NCBI GenBank assembly: GCA_964016885.1
Contig: OZ024741.1
Coordinates: 376,650,001-376,714,000, forward strand
DNA: 64,000 nt
Reading direction: 5' to 3'
Origin: Eledone cirrhosa
Lineage: Eukaryota
The notes under the pieces were generated by a model that ran no database searches, had not been told where the DNA came from, and saw only the letters and a program-made list of their open reading frames with translations. The position numbers were made by a program, and so were the translations under genes. Position 1 is the stretch's first letter. Every line of letters starts with the position of its first letter. Positions 41,506 to 57,329 of the stretch are shown here, in pieces.

Positions 41506-42336
41506 TGCCGACTGTTTCTTGCGCTTTATAGCTCTTTACACAATGTATTAGATTCTGCTAATCTATGTATTTCGCCTTTCAGTGTTTTTAAATAAATTAG
41601 CAGTCAAGTATTTGTGCCATTACAATTCACTATCCACCTCCCTACAATATTACGGCATTTAAAAAATACGTCTATTCTAACGATGCGTTTGGTAACGACA
41701 CCAACAATAACGAAGCCAACACTGGAACACATACATTTTGCTGAACAAAAGTATTGGAAGTGAAGAGTATTCTTGAGTGTTTTAATGGTAGAAACAACAG
41801 TCATATCATATTGTTGTTCTTACAAGTCACACTTATGCAAGTTTAGCCGGCCTCTTGTAGGGTTATATTTTATAGGAACTTTCTTGGGAGTTTAGTCTAC
41901 AGGGTCACCAGTTCTCTTATGTTATTGTTAGAGATAGCCCTATATAGGTTCAGCTGACCTCAAATGAATTTATACTTTGTAGAATGTTTTCGAGTGTTTT
42001 TCCCATAGAGGCCCAAACTTTACACAACTATGTATAGTTGTAACAAACAGTTCCCCTTTTTTCATGGTTTTGACCACGAATATGATATACGTATGTATTA
42101 ATCTACTGTATAATTCCAATCCGATTTTTCATACCAATTTTCTTAATTTACTTTCTGCTGTCATATTTCTAATGAAAGACACTGTCTCTAATTTTCAAAT
42201 AATGTTGACACAAATTAGGACATTGAAGAGGTTTGGTGATGTATATAGACTAGTTGGGCTAGTTGGGTGTATCTAGAGGCCGTTCCCCCTTCGGGAATGT
42301 CGTGGGCCACTAAAAAGTGAGAAAGAGTTAGTGAGA

Positions 42337-42420
<84 letters not shown>

Positions 42421-42432
42421 TATATATATATA

Positions 42433-44901
42433 CAGTGGGTCCTCGATATATGGTAGTTCTTTATCCGGTAAAATTCACAGGTACGGTTTTGGGTAATTAC
42501 TACCATCAGTTCTATTTACGTTAAAAACAATTGACAGATACGGTTCTTGGTCGTGTTTTGTGTATATTGTACCGTAGCGTCACCTGTAGTAAGCAATACA
42601 TTCCCCCTTGAATTCATGGAAACTGACTGCTATTCGAATTCTAGGAAAATTGTGTTAGTACTGCTATCATACTAACTGACCTTACCGAGAAACTGGCCAA
42701 TCACGAGCGAGTTCAGATATCGATCGATGACGTCATAACTCTTAACTGATCACTTCAGTTCGGCAAACTAGCGTGTCCTCTCAGTGAGACCATTTTTTCC
42801 GAACTGAAGTGATCAGTTAAGAAATATGACGTCATTCAAAGTAAGAGAAAACCTGACGGCGTGCTTTTGGAGCATAATTATCACGGCATATCTTATAACC
42901 CCATATCTCATGGCCCCAAAACGTCCTGCGAATATTGCTGATGCAGATGGAAAGGCCAAACGCATGAGGAAGAGCCTGACTTTGGAGATAAAGCTGGACA
43001 TTTTGAAAAGGAATGAACAGGTGCAAGGTACGTCCGCCATATGTCGTAACTTAGGCCTAGCCCAGTCTACAGTCTGGCCTGTTTTAAAATATAGTGAGGC
43101 TGTCAACAAAAGTTGGGGAGAATGCTACGAGTCTACAGAGTAAATTGTTGACCAAATATCGTGAGCCGATTATGGATAGGATGGAAAGGATTCTCAAAAT
43201 TTGGATCGACGACCAAAATCATTAAAATATGCCTCTGTCTTTAAATGTAATCAGTGAGAAAGCATTGTCCATTATTGACAGGCTCAAGAATGAAATGGTG
43301 GTTGAGGAATTTGTATTCAAGGCAAGCAAAGGCTGATTTGATAAGTTCAAACGACGTTCGAGTCTTCACAACATAAAAGTTACAGGTGAGGCTGCCAGTT
43401 CCAACAAATAGAGTGCTGAAAGATTCAAGGCAGAGTTAGAGAAATGCATTGCAGAGAAGGGGTACAGAAAAAAGCAGGTTATTAATTATGATGAAACAGG
43501 ACTTTATTGGAAAAAGATGACCAGTAATACCAGTAATTGACAAGGAGAAAAGTGCGAAGGGTTTCAAAGCCTCAAAGGACCGCGTTACTCTGTTACTTGG
43601 AGGGAATGCAGAAGAAGATTTAAAGCTAAAGCCACTCATTTTCTACCATTCTGAAACTCCAAGAGCACTCAAGGGGTTACTTAAGCAATACCTACCAGTG
43701 ATATGGAAGTCTAATAAGAAGGCATGGCTGATCACTTCAATTCACCAGGATTTTTTCACCTCATATCTGTCACCAACCCTTAAGGAATATGGATTAGTTA
43801 ACAACATTGCCAACCGTTTTCTGCTATTAGTGGATCAAACAGTCGATGGATCAAACAGTCATTAAAACATTTAAGGCATACTACCAGCGAGAAACATGAA
43901 GTAGCTGATAAAGGGCACAGATGGGCCTGACAAGCCCACGATCAGGGAATGGTGGAAATTGTACAACATCAAGCACCGCTTAGACAACATCAAGGCATCT
44001 TGGGAAGAAGTGAAACAGACTACCATGGCCTGGAAGAAATTATGACCAGCATGTTTGAATGACTTCCAATGCTTTGCTAAGGACATTGGTGCGAGAAAGA
44101 AAACATATTGTAAATATCTGCCATAGAGTTAGCTTTGATAGTGTTAATGATGATGATGTACAAGACCGTTTGGAAAGCTACTCTGAACCACTCTCCAATG
44201 ATGAACTCATAGAACTAGACATGGCGATACAGGAGACAGAAAAAGAAGAAGAGGAGGACGAAGAACCTGTGCGTGGCTTGGACATAAAATCTCTAAGAGA
44301 ATGTCTCGGGAGTATCGAAAAAATCTTAGAAACCCTTAAGGAGCGTGACCCCAACCCTGCTAGGAGCAGCAAAGTGGCTCAAGACGTCGAGAAAAGCGTC
44401 AAGATTTACCAAAAAATGTATGAAGCCAAAAGAAACACCGCCAAATAGTCCTCCAGCTACTCTTTTTTCAAGCCAGTCACACCTGCCAACCGTGCTACAG
44501 CTGGGCTGGCCCTTCAACATCCACTGCAGTCAATGAGTTTGTTGGTTTTGAGCCTCCCACATCACCCACATCATCCCCTGCCTACTCATCTGAGTTCCTG
44601 AAACCCTTCACAGATACGGTTTTTGGTCGTTCCTGAAACCCTTACCGTATATCGAATTACCGTATAAAGGGCTGAAACCCATACTGTCCCTTAGCCTCAG
44701 GAGGGAAAATGAAGTGGCACATCATCTGATGGACTACGCGGCATGGGTAAGGTACAGTAAATGAAAAAAAAACACATTATTCTTTTCTGTAGGGATGACT
44801 TTTTCGATGTGCTGGAACGCATCCCTATCTATTTCATGTTACAATGGGTTCTTTATACGGTAACTCGATATACGGCAAGGGTTTCAGGAACGCATATATA
44901 C
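42433..44901 (+). mobile_element. Tigger/pogo-family (Tc1/mariner superfamily) DNA transposon, right TIR truncated
   Basis: Starts TA|CAGTGGGTCCTCGATATATGGTA; contains a transposase pseudogene; ends ...GGAACGCATATATACCG without the rest of the expected TIR. Confidence 0.85.
42910..44448 (+). pseudogene. Tigger/CENP-B-like transposase pseudogene
   Basis: MAPKRP...RKSLTLEIKLDILKR...GLAQSTV (psq HTH); FKAS.G*F.KFK.R (CENP-B HTH); NYDETGLYWK; KDRVTLLLGGNA; WKSNKKAW; acidic C-terminus. Several stops and frameshifts. Confidence 0.92.
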
Positions 44902-45075
44902 CGATTCCAGAGTCAAGAAAGATTGTGACTGATTGTAACCTAAGCTGAGTAATTGCGAAACGCACGTCACAATTGATAAAAACATGTCTAAGATACTAAA
45001 TATATACTTCGTTCCCGCCTGCTTATTCGCTTTCCCTCTCTCTCTCTTTCTCCACACACACACAGAGACAGACAG

Positions 45076-45084
<9 letters not shown>

Positions 45085-45137
<53 letters not shown>

Positions 45138-45143
45138 ATATGA

Positions 45144-45238
<95 letters not shown>
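45085..45238. repeat. (TA)n microsatellite
   Basis: Visible tract. Confidence 0.95.
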
Positions 45239-45242
<4 letters not shown>

Positions 45243-45639
45243 ATAAGCTCTTGGAATAACGCCTGTCTACATTAATGATTAAGGCAGTTAAGTATTATGA
45301 TTACTTCTGTCACTAAGTGTCTGTTCTGAAGCTATTATTGTATATCATTAATAAACAATATATGATATAAATATAAAGATAGTGCACTTTGTACAATGAC
45401 GTAATCTACAAAATACAATTGACTATCCCATTAAAGTATATGAAAGGAAACATTTTGTCTGTTAGCAGTCATTATTATCGTTATAATTTCTCCATAAGAG
45501 AATTACGTACGAACATATGTTATGATGTAAAGTAAGATATGCATAGACAGACGGCTGCCATCCCTGTCTCCTTTATATCTGCGAACATACATTCTTCTAT
45601 AATTGCATAAATACATATATACAATCATTACTGTGTTAC

Positions 45640-45817
45640 ACACATACGTATATGTATATATGTACACATATACACACATATATGTATGTTTAAACATACA
45701 TACATATATATATACATATCTATATATTTATGTATATACATATATATATTTATGTATATACATATGTGTATATACATATGTGTATATACATATGTGTATA
45801 TACATATGTGTATATAC

Positions 45818-45905
<88 letters not shown>

Positions 45906-45930
45906 TTACAGTGTGTATATGTATATATAC
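45640..45930. repeat. TA/CA-rich compound microsatellite including (ATACATATGTGTAT)n units
   Basis: Visible tract. Confidence 0.9.
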
Positions 45931-46599
45931 AAGTAGGTAGTAGAGTCAGATTGCATTTACAAACATGATATAAAATGTGTACTTTCTCATATATCAATGC
46001 TGGTGTTTTATTTATCAAACTCGAAAGGATGGAAGGAAGTGAGATGACAGAAACGTTATTGTAAAGGATTCAATTGTTTTGTTGTAACACCATTATCAAC
46101 ACTTTCATTATATTATTTTCACTTGATGAGGTATTTATGGTTATTCTTCGTGTGCTATTTTAGTGATATATCACTTGCACGTGTTTTCGTATGTATATGA
46201 GAATTAATTTCTTTGTGTAAAGACAGAGGGGATAAATATCTTAGTAAATATATTCAAGTATATAAGTATCATTTCTTTCGTTCAAGAGTAAGTTAAATAT
46301 AGGAATGCAATTCTGTATAACTATACATTGAAAATTGATAATTAAAATGTAGACAAACATCAAACAATATAATGATTTGATAGATTTTGGTACAGTATAA
46401 TTTCCATAGTCTTTCTAAGATGCTTAGCGTATGACTGCTGCAACTCAAATGAACAATACTCTTGGAAAGTGGGCATTTGAAAAAACAAGACCAATCTAAA
46501 ACAATGTTTACATTTTCAGCATTTGACTGACGACATTGTATTAAATAACTAACAAATGTACCTAACAAGTGTGATGAAAGAGTGAAGTTAAATATACAA

Positions 46600-47413
46600 A
46601 CCGTTTCTCTTCTCCCTTCTATAGTAGAAAAAGAGTCGTAAATTTAGGACACTAGTCCTTCATCAGAAGAAAGATGAAGAAATATAAGAAGACATAGAAA
46701 GGTAGAAGAAGAAGGAATCAAATACAAATATTTGAAGAAAAAACATGTGCGTGTTTAGTCAGCCATTTTGGGTAAATACTGATAGTGGGTATATTAGATA
46801 TTAGAGACGTTTTGGAAGTGAGATAATCCTTGTACAGTTTGAGTGACTGCTGACGAAATACACGTTTGCTTATTTTAAATTTTCTGTTGTTTTATTCCCA
46901 TTCTCACCCTCTATATATTTATTTATTGCTCATTCTAACTTCTGATGTCAAGTCTTTTCCTCCTATATTAAGCGTTCAACTAATATATTTCTTCATGATT
47001 TGGTACTTTTTTGTTTCCATTATGTTACCGTCTATGTTACCGTCGTATTGTTGTCTGTCATGTTCGTATAGTACTGAAACATTTTTTCGTCCTTTTAGTT
47101 CCCCCCAGTGTTGGTCTATCCTTTCACCTATGCTACGAGCTGTCTCGCCTATGTATGTTGTTGTCAGGTTTCTGCAAGTACCCTCTGTACATCTTATGCT
47201 ATAGACTACGTTTCTAGTTTTACAGTTTATCCAGGGGTTTACTTTACATATGATACATTTCCTATTAGTAAAGTGGGTTTTCTTAAAAGGGTAGATTTTG
47301 CTGATCAGGGATTTTATGGTGGTTCCTGGCTTTTGTACCACCTTAATCTTTAAGTGGTTCTTTCTCACGGCCTTTCTACACTGGTTAGCTAATTTCCCTC
47401 CAGGGGTAGCGCC
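46600..47413 (-). mobile_element. PLE 3' fragment (GIY-YIG domain), inverted; same family as 57330-60880
   Basis: ORF 46976-47368: KPGTT...CIICK...NCKTRNVVYSIRC...TYIGETARSIGERIDQH...SVLYEH. Confidence 0.88.
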
Positions 47414-48245
47414 CTAGAGGGCTAGACATAAGATAGGGAAAGCCACCTCATGGTACGACAACCAGAGATACCAGAGTGTCATATTTGTGGACGCTACCCC
47501 TGGAGGGAAATTAGCTAACCAGTGTAGGAAGGCCCTGAGAAAGACCCACTTAAAGATTAAGGTGGTAGAAAAGCCAGACAACAACACGACGGTAACATAG
47601 ACAACATAGAAATTAGAATAATATCTAAACATAGAAATGACCCAGCAGATAGGCAAATCAGAGAGGCCAGTGAAATAGAACTAAGAAGGCCAAGGCTAAA
47701 CAGAAAAAATGAATGGAATAACAACACCCAAACAAACAACACTGAACTAGGAGAAGTATAAATAAATAAATAAATACATACACAAGCACAATAACAACAA
47801 ACACATATAAACACACAGTAGTAAAGATAGAATACATTAACCAATACACAGTCACCCAAACACGAACACACACCAAACAAAACACTATACATACACGCAA
47901 ACGCATGCGCAAAGAAGACAAAATAAAACAAACAAATAAATAAATATATAAACAAACTAAATAAAGATAGCGTAGACATACAATGCAACGGGAGGAAACA
48001 ATAGCACCACTGACGATGTTGCAGATGTGCAACGAAAGAACTTTGATACACTATATATATGTGTTTGTGTCTATATTGTATCTGTATTTTTGACCGTTGG
48101 TCAGTCAATGGCAACATTGAGGACGGAATAAATTAAATTAACCGATATAAAAGCCACAGAAGCGAAAACCAACCAAACATTGAGTGTGTTCTGTTATCAC
48201 TTCTGGCAATATTACACAAATATGACCCTCCCCAAGTATAATAAT
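47414..48245 (+). mobile_element. PLE 3' fragment with internal deletion, 3' UTR and pLTR
   Basis: SWYDNQRYQSVIFVDATP.GKLA; RQIREASEI...LNRKNEWN; tail ATGACCCTCCCAAGTATAATAATAT matches 60856-60880. Confidence 0.85.
48006..48047 (+). ncRNA. Minimal type I hammerhead motif in PLE pLTR, weak stem I
   Basis: CTGACGA(48010-48016)-t-GTTGCA-gatg-TGCAAC-GAAA(48034-48037)-GAAC-TT-TGAT; homologous position to the 60689 motif. Confidence 0.65.
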
Positions 48246-48278
48246 ATATATGTATATATATATACATATATACCTGTG

Positions 48279-48311
<33 letters not shown>

Positions 48312-48410
48312 GAGTCGATCGACTTTCGTCAAATCGGACCGAGGGAACAATGTTTCCGTTGGTCTTTCCAATTGCTAATACTATCTATCGGTCGCAACTC
48401 CAGGTAGAAG

Positions 48411-48527
48411 GAGCAACGTGAAATAAAGTGTCTTGCCCAAGGACATAACGCATCGCCTGGTCCAGGAATCGAACTCACAACCTTATGATTGTGAATCCAA
48501 TTCTCTAACCACTCAGCCACACGTCTT

Positions 48528-48530
<3 letters not shown>
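48411..48530 (-). mobile_element. tRNA-derived SINE head
   Basis: Minus strand A box TGGCTGAGTGG and B box GAGTTCGATTCC, followed by TGTCCTTGGGCAAGACACTT. Confidence 0.8.
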
Positions 48531-48569
<39 letters not shown>

Positions 48570-49000
48570 CTTCTTTTCTTTAATTTTTTCTTTCTAAATT
48601 ATTGTTCCATTTTTATAAATATATCGAGATTGATACTTTCCTTTAATTATTACACTCCCTTACCTCTTTTACTTCCGCATCTAAGTGTACGTGTGTGTAG
48701 GTGTGTTTATGCGCGTGCCTTCATATTCTTATGATGTATCTATTCTGTCTGTAGATTACAGACATACAGATACATTTGCCCTAAATTATATATTTACGCA
48801 CACTTTTTCACTATACGTATACATATGTACATACACATATATGCACATCTGTGAGCGTATAGACATACATATACACACACCTAACTATATTTCTTGAAAT
48901 ATTATTATATATTTCATACTCTAATTCATTTGTCTATATCTTTTTTGTTTTTTTTTGCTTTTCTTGATGAGACTTTCCAAGTATTTACCCATGTTTTATA

Positions 49001-49076
49001 TTGCCTCGTCTGACGAACGAATGAAGACATTTCTTTCGTATTCGACTCATTCGGGAAACCTCTGGTAATGAGGTAA
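49001..49076 (+). ncRNA. Type I hammerhead ribozyme motif in a ~600-bp T-rich, non-coding unit (48566-49180) between TA tracts
   Basis: 9-bp stem I TTGCCTCGT/ATGAGGTAA; CTGACGA 49010-49016; stem II CGAATGA/TCATTCG; GAAA 49055-49058; CC-TCT-GG; GUA triplet. Confidence 0.8.
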
Positions 49077-49179
49077 TTATATTGTATTGATTTTTATACA
49101 TTAAATTTTGCTCTGATACTTACATAGAGCACTCTTCACTTCTATGACCTTTTCTGTTTTCAACGGAAATTTCAATACT

Positions 49180-50314
<1,135 letters not shown>

Positions 50315-50449
50315 ATTAAAATACTGGAGCGTGTTGGAGTTAAACACCCTCTTCGTATTATAGAAATGACAGTAAAAGGTATAGCTCAATGTAATTAAAC
50401 AGAGCCGAGGAATTATGAAAAAGAAGCCTTCAATACATCAAAAGTCTTT

Positions 50450-50495
50450 ATTAGCCAACAATGTTTCGTCCTATTAAGGACTCATCAGGTCAATC
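50450..50495 (-). ncRNA. Hammerhead motif in the inverted pLTR (canonical core and stem II, imperfect stem I)
   Basis: Minus strand CTGATGA-GTCCT-TAAT-AGGAC-GAAA-CATTG-TT. Confidence 0.7.
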
Positions 50496-50810
50496 AAAAC
50501 AACAAGAAGCACTATCGGCCAATACAAGCCGAAAACTCCGAAGAATATGGAGTGTACATACACTAAAGTATTGGAAGATTATGGGTAAAAATATATAATA
50601 AAAATCACTAAGGAGGTGGATAACATTTTGAACTATATTACAAATATAGTCCAAAGCAAAAACAAACTAGAGCTAAACAGAGGTGGTTATATAGAGCGGG
50701 AATTATAGTACTATATATAATACAATATAATATAATATAATATACTTGTAACAATATTAAAATTAAAATTAAAATTAAAAGGCACAATATCAAATTAAAA
50801 GGCACATAAC

Positions 50811-51986
50811 ATGGCCATGAATGGTAGTAGGAAGCATAATAATCGTAGAAATTACATAGGTGTATCTGAACCCATCCATAAGTTAACCCACCGGACTCGT
50901 AATAGGGAATATAATACCTCTAGGAATCAAGTCGAACCCTCTGAGCGCTCACTCATTGGTGATGCTTTTGCTAGATCTAATTCTAATAATGTTGTTTCTA
51001 CTGATCCTATTATTGGCCCTAATCCTTTTGATAGCATTCCAGACAGCAGCAGATCTACTAGAGGTAGAAACAGAAAGAGACTTAATGGAATTTCGGCTGA
51101 TTCTAATAATGCGGTTTTAACTAATCCTTGTAGTAACCCTAGTCTTAATAATGGGATATTGGATAATGGTAGAGTCGGAAAGGATAAAAATAGAAGAAGA
51201 CTAAATACTTATTTTAACCCGCCATATAATCAGGAAGTATTAACTAATATCCCTAGGTCTTTCTTTTCTATCTTAGAGAACAATTTCCCCCCTTCTCATA
51301 AATACCATAGTATTTTTAATAAAAATGTTATTAAACTTTCATTCTCTACCACCCCTAATATTAGTTCTCATTTAGCTAGCACTAACAATAGGAAAATTAG
51401 GGATGGATACTCCTCTCTACATACTACTAGTCTGAACACATCTGCAAATGCCTTACCACCAGAGCAGACCTTATCTAATGGTAATCCTACGTGTAATGCA
51501 TCACTACTTCAGCCAATCAATAGCACCCGGAAGTGTAACTGTAGAGTGAGTGCTAACTGCCCTTTAAACGGTAACTGCCTCTCTAAGAACATCGTTTATG
51601 CTTGCGTAGTTATTACTAATTCCTCTAATAGAACTTATATAGGTTCTACATCTAACACTTTTAAGACTAGGTTTAATTCTCATATCTCAAATTTCAAACA
51701 TGTTAAGTTTAAGAATTCTACTTCTTTAGAACACTATATCTGGGATCTTAAGGGGGTTAATATACCATATAGCCTTAATTGGCGTTTAGTAGCACGCTCT
51801 AATAACTTTTTTACACATACTAAATTTTGTAATCTATGTATCCTCGAGACACACTCTATAATCTTCTCTAGTGAATCCTTACTTAATAGAAAGTCTGAGA
51901 TATTCTCTTCTTGCCCCAACGCTATTTCTAATTCTTACTTTTATTATAAACCTAAAGGTTCTAGTAGTGTAAATTGTATCCATTAG
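50811..51986 (+). CDS. C-terminal part of a PLE polyprotein: linker, CxCx5Cx5C motif and GIY-YIG endonuclease (open frame, RT missing)
   Basis: YFNPPY, FPPSHKYHSIFNKNVIKLSFS, CNCRVSANCPLNGNC, IVYAC...TYIGST...FKTRFNSH, CNLCILE, LLNRKSE. Confidence 0.85.
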   Translation: MAMNGSRKHNNRRNYIGVSEPIHKLTHRTRNREYNTSRNQVEPSERSLIGDAFARSNSNNVVSTDPIIGPNPFDSIPDSSRSTRGRNRKRLNGISADSNNAVLTNPCSNPSLNNGILDNGRVGKDKNRRRLNTYFNPPYNQEVLTNIPRSFFSILENNFPPSHKYHSIFNKNVIKLSFSTTPNISSHLASTNNRKIRDGYSSLHTTSLNTSANALPPEQTLSNGNPTCNASLLQPINSTRKCNCRVSANCPLNGNCLSKNIVYACVVITNSSNRTYIGSTSNTFKTRFNSHISNFKHVKFKNSTSLEHYIWDLKGVNIPYSLNWRLVARSNNFFTHTKFCNLCILETHSIIFSSESLLNRKSEIFSSCPNAISNSYFYYKPKGSSSVNCIH

Positions 51987-53558
51987 CTGATATATTCCAT
52001 TACTTATTTTTTTAGTTTAGGTTCTTTTTGTTTACCACCATTATTATCATCGTTATTATCATTGGTTTTTGACACCTTTTTATTCTAGCTCTCATAATCT
52101 TTTGACTACTATACCATATCTATCTTCTTACACATTACATTTTCACTATTAACACCTTATGAGTATATCTGATTATATATTTTATATTATTTTATTTCAT
52201 TTTATTTTATTTTATTTGGATTCTTCTTTGGATACCCCCCCCCCATGCACACATACACTTATTGCTAACCCCTTCAAATATATTATGATTATATTTAATT
52301 CCCCCTTTTTATGCTCCTTTCTATTATATAATACAGTATATTGATTAAGATTTTATGCTCCTTTGTATCCTCCATACATTTCTTTTTTTCTGTCCCTATT
52401 AGCCTACCATAATTCTGCTTAAGTCAGTTTTTTAGATATCGTTATGTAAATGATAGTAGAATATTTCATTCCTTTCTATATATATTTATAGTGAAATATT
52501 AATGTTTAGGGACTTTGATTACTTAAACCATAGCTAATATTGTATTGCCTTATTAGGTATTTTAAATATTTTCAATATTAATTTATCAAATAGGGTTTTC
52601 TAGTCATTTATCCGGGTTGTTTCCTAAGTTTTTACTTAACTGCATGGGAGACCTAAGTAAATACTTTTGTTTTTGTTTTTTTATTTCCGGTCGATTTTAT
52701 TTATTTATTTATTAATACTACTGTGCATAGTATTTTCTGTCTGGCCATTATTCTCTCATTCACATATGTGTCTGTTTACCAACCTTGTAATTATAAGTAA
52801 TTATATATTATATTATGTTCATTATTTTATATTGAAGTTGTTATTCAACTCTTTGTAAATGTACTATTGATCCTTATTACTTACCGATGATTTTATGTAC
52901 CATTATGATATGTTAAATTTTATATATCATGTAAGATGTTTATATTTTTGTACCATCATAATTTTGGGTATTGTACAATTTATATATATATATTTTTTTT
53001 TCTCACCTACTCTGTAACTCTATATGAATCGATTTGTTAACTTACATGGCATTATATATTATATATTATTATATTATTATTATAGTGTTATTGTGTAAAT
53101 TAACCGGAGATTATCTATTATATTATATTATATATTATATAATTATATATTTTATTATATATTATATTATTATATATTATATGTGTTACTTTTAATCATT
53201 TCATTACTTCATGTTATACTGTATATTAGATATACGTATTATTTTTATTATGCTTATTTATATTTAAACTCTTAATAAGGTTTAATTTGGGCTGTTAATG
53301 ATGGAAATGTGTATTGATGTATATGTATATGTGCGTACGTGTGCGCATATATATACATATGTATATTGTGCCTTTTAATTTTAATTTTAATTTTAATATT
53401 GTTACAAGTATATTATATTATATTATATTGTATTACATATAGTACTATAATTCCCGCTCTATATAACCACCTTTGTTTAGCTCTAGTTGTTTTTGCTTTG
53501 GACTATATTTGTAATATGGTTCAAAATGTTATCCACCTCCTTAGTGATTTTTATTATT

Positions 53559-55255
<1,697 letters not shown>

Positions 55256-55545
55256 AATATAAGATCAAAATATGTTTAAAAGAGTTCCATGTATTTTATT
55301 ATGCGCATTTCAAAAACAAATATCATCATGGGATGATATTTGCGTTCTCATCAGATAAAATAGGGAGACATGATATGAAGTTTAAAAAATACTTGCGAGC
55401 AGTGAAGTGTTAAATCTACTATATGAAAAATAAAATAAGATGGTTACATGAGATTGGGAAAAAAAGAAGGAAGGGGGGAGGAAAAGGTAAGGACGGGGAA
55501 GACAGAAAATAAAGTATGACGGAAGGATGAGAGACGAGGAGAAAT

Positions 55546-55622
<77 letters not shown>

Positions 55623-56577
55623 TTTAATACTGAGAAACATTGTCTCACAGAGAGAAATTAAAGCAAACCGTTGTAAGATAATACATAATTTAAAAACATC
55701 TTGAAATTAAAAGTTAATGAAGTTTATGAATGGTCATGTTCATGATTAAAGAAAAAGGAATTAAGAATAGTATTTATTTAAAGTTTAAATATTGAAGAGT
55801 TTAATAATATGTGCGAAAAGGAATTTATCAATATGTATAATTAAAATTAAAAAATATTAAGGAGATAAGGTGAATGAAAAAGAGATTAAATCAGTTACAG
55901 ATTAAAGATTAGAAAATAATTAAAGAAAAAAGGAAAAAAGGAAAAAAGGATAAAAAAGAAGAAAAATAGGGGACCGCTAACGACATAGAATGAGTAAATT
56001 GTATAATATAATATACTGAAATCAGGTAGAAAGATGGGTATATTTGTAAAAGATATAAAAGCGTTTGAGAAAAGAAGATTTTAAACTAATTAGGTAGTGA
56101 GATATTAGCTTATACTTTATGGAAAGTTCTATGGGATTTATGCAAGCAAAGCGAAAATAAATCCGTACGTCTATTTATTATAGAATTAAAATTAGAGATA
56201 ATGGTAAATTTCTCGGCTAGGCAGAGATTGCACGTTCTGGATAGGGAAGAATTACGCTAAGGAGAGGCGTTGCAAACCTTCCTCCAAGAAATGTAGTTAA
56301 TATTTTTGTCTTTTAAGGAGCATATGAGTTCTGAGACTGGCGTGTTAGTTCTTTTAAGTTGGTATTTAAAAGACAAATTGTGATTATAAAATCTTGCTTT
56401 AAAGGAGGTGGAAGTGGAACCAAATTAGGTAAAAGAATTAGTACCAGTTATAACCTAATATTCATACACTAAATCTTTATCAAGACATTGGTTATTAAGA
56501 GGACATTTAGTTCTAACAGGGCAATTACAATCCGATATTTGCATTGCTTTATTGTGCTACAATAAAACTCACCTCCT

Positions 56578-56580
<3 letters not shown>
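55256..56580 (-). mobile_element. 5'-truncated Naiad-like PLE (GIY-YIG remnant ~56530-56150, 3' UTR with (CT)n, pLTR)
   Basis: Minus strand reads DCNCPVRTKCPLNNQCLDKDLVY...GSTSTSFKARFYNH...TCNLCLAEK...INRRTD, with stops. Confidence 0.85.
55292..55362 (-). ncRNA. Intact-looking type I hammerhead ribozyme in PLE pLTR
   Basis: Minus strand TATTTTAT-CTGATGA-[GCAAATATCATC/GATGATATTTGT stem]-GAAA-TGCGCA-TA-ATAAAATA. Confidence 0.85.
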
Positions 56581-56627
<47 letters not shown>

Positions 56628-56663
56628 GCACGCGCGCACGCACACACACACATACATATATAT

Positions 56664-57110
56664 ACTAGACCTGAAAAATGCGCAAGCTCAAAGGAGGCAC
56701 ACACTGTTATAATAAACCTTCAAAAGTGTGGGACTAGAGTAGTTGCTCAAAAATATTGTAATCATTATCTATCGTACACTTTATGGCATCCTCTTATAAA
56801 AAAGAGACTCATAACGAACTCAAGACGACAAGATAATTACTTAAGCTAATGTTCAATATCTCATATTAGATGTTTAGTAATGATTAATACGAAATGCACT
56901 GAAACCGAATTCTATATTATAAATTCACTTAAATAATTATCGTGTCGTCTTGAGTTCGTTATGAGTCGCTTTTTTTATAGAAGGATACCACAGAGTGTAC
57001 GAAAGATAATGATTACAATATTTTTGAGCAACAACTCTAGTCCCATACTTTTGAAGGTTTATTATGACATTTTGTGGCTCCTTTGAGCTGGCGCATTTTT
57101 CAGGTCTAGT
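56664..57110. repeat. Fold-back inverted repeat, ~180-bp arms with ~80-bp spacer
   Basis: ACTAGACCTGAAAAATGCGC... versus ...GCGCATTTTTCAGGTCTAGT; arms are moderately diverged. Confidence 0.85.
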
Positions 57111-57329
57111 TTAATATTTTTTTAAGGAAACGCTTGTAATAACTCTAGTTAAACATGATATATATTAATAATAAATTATTGTTGTAATGTAATTAGATTA
57201 TATAATTGTTATTTTATAAATGATCATATACATATTATTGTAACATGTATAACAATATTTTCAGACTTTTAATATAAACAACTACAAAAAACAATCAATA
57301 TTAAATAAATATATTTTACATATATACAA

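Larger units (their letters stand above)
50312..53558 (+). mobile_element. 5'-truncated Naiad-like PLE with inverted 5' pLTR, long AT-rich 3' UTR and truncated 3' pLTR
   Basis: 50595-50790 is the reverse complement of 53363-53557; GIY-YIG ORF lies between them. Confidence 0.88.

Noticed and set aside
41700-42310. Possible very old minus-strand PLE endonuclease remnant (GNCL, TYIGLS, KCDL)
   Set aside because: Motifs are scattered over broken frames; not supportable by eye.
46640-46672. Minus-strand CTGATGA-AGGAC-TAGT-GTCCT hairpin
   Set aside because: The GAAA box and stem I partner are missing; at most a decayed hammerhead.
48440-48525. tRNA gene
   Set aside because: A and B boxes are present but there is no cloverleaf acceptor stem; it continues into SINE body sequence.
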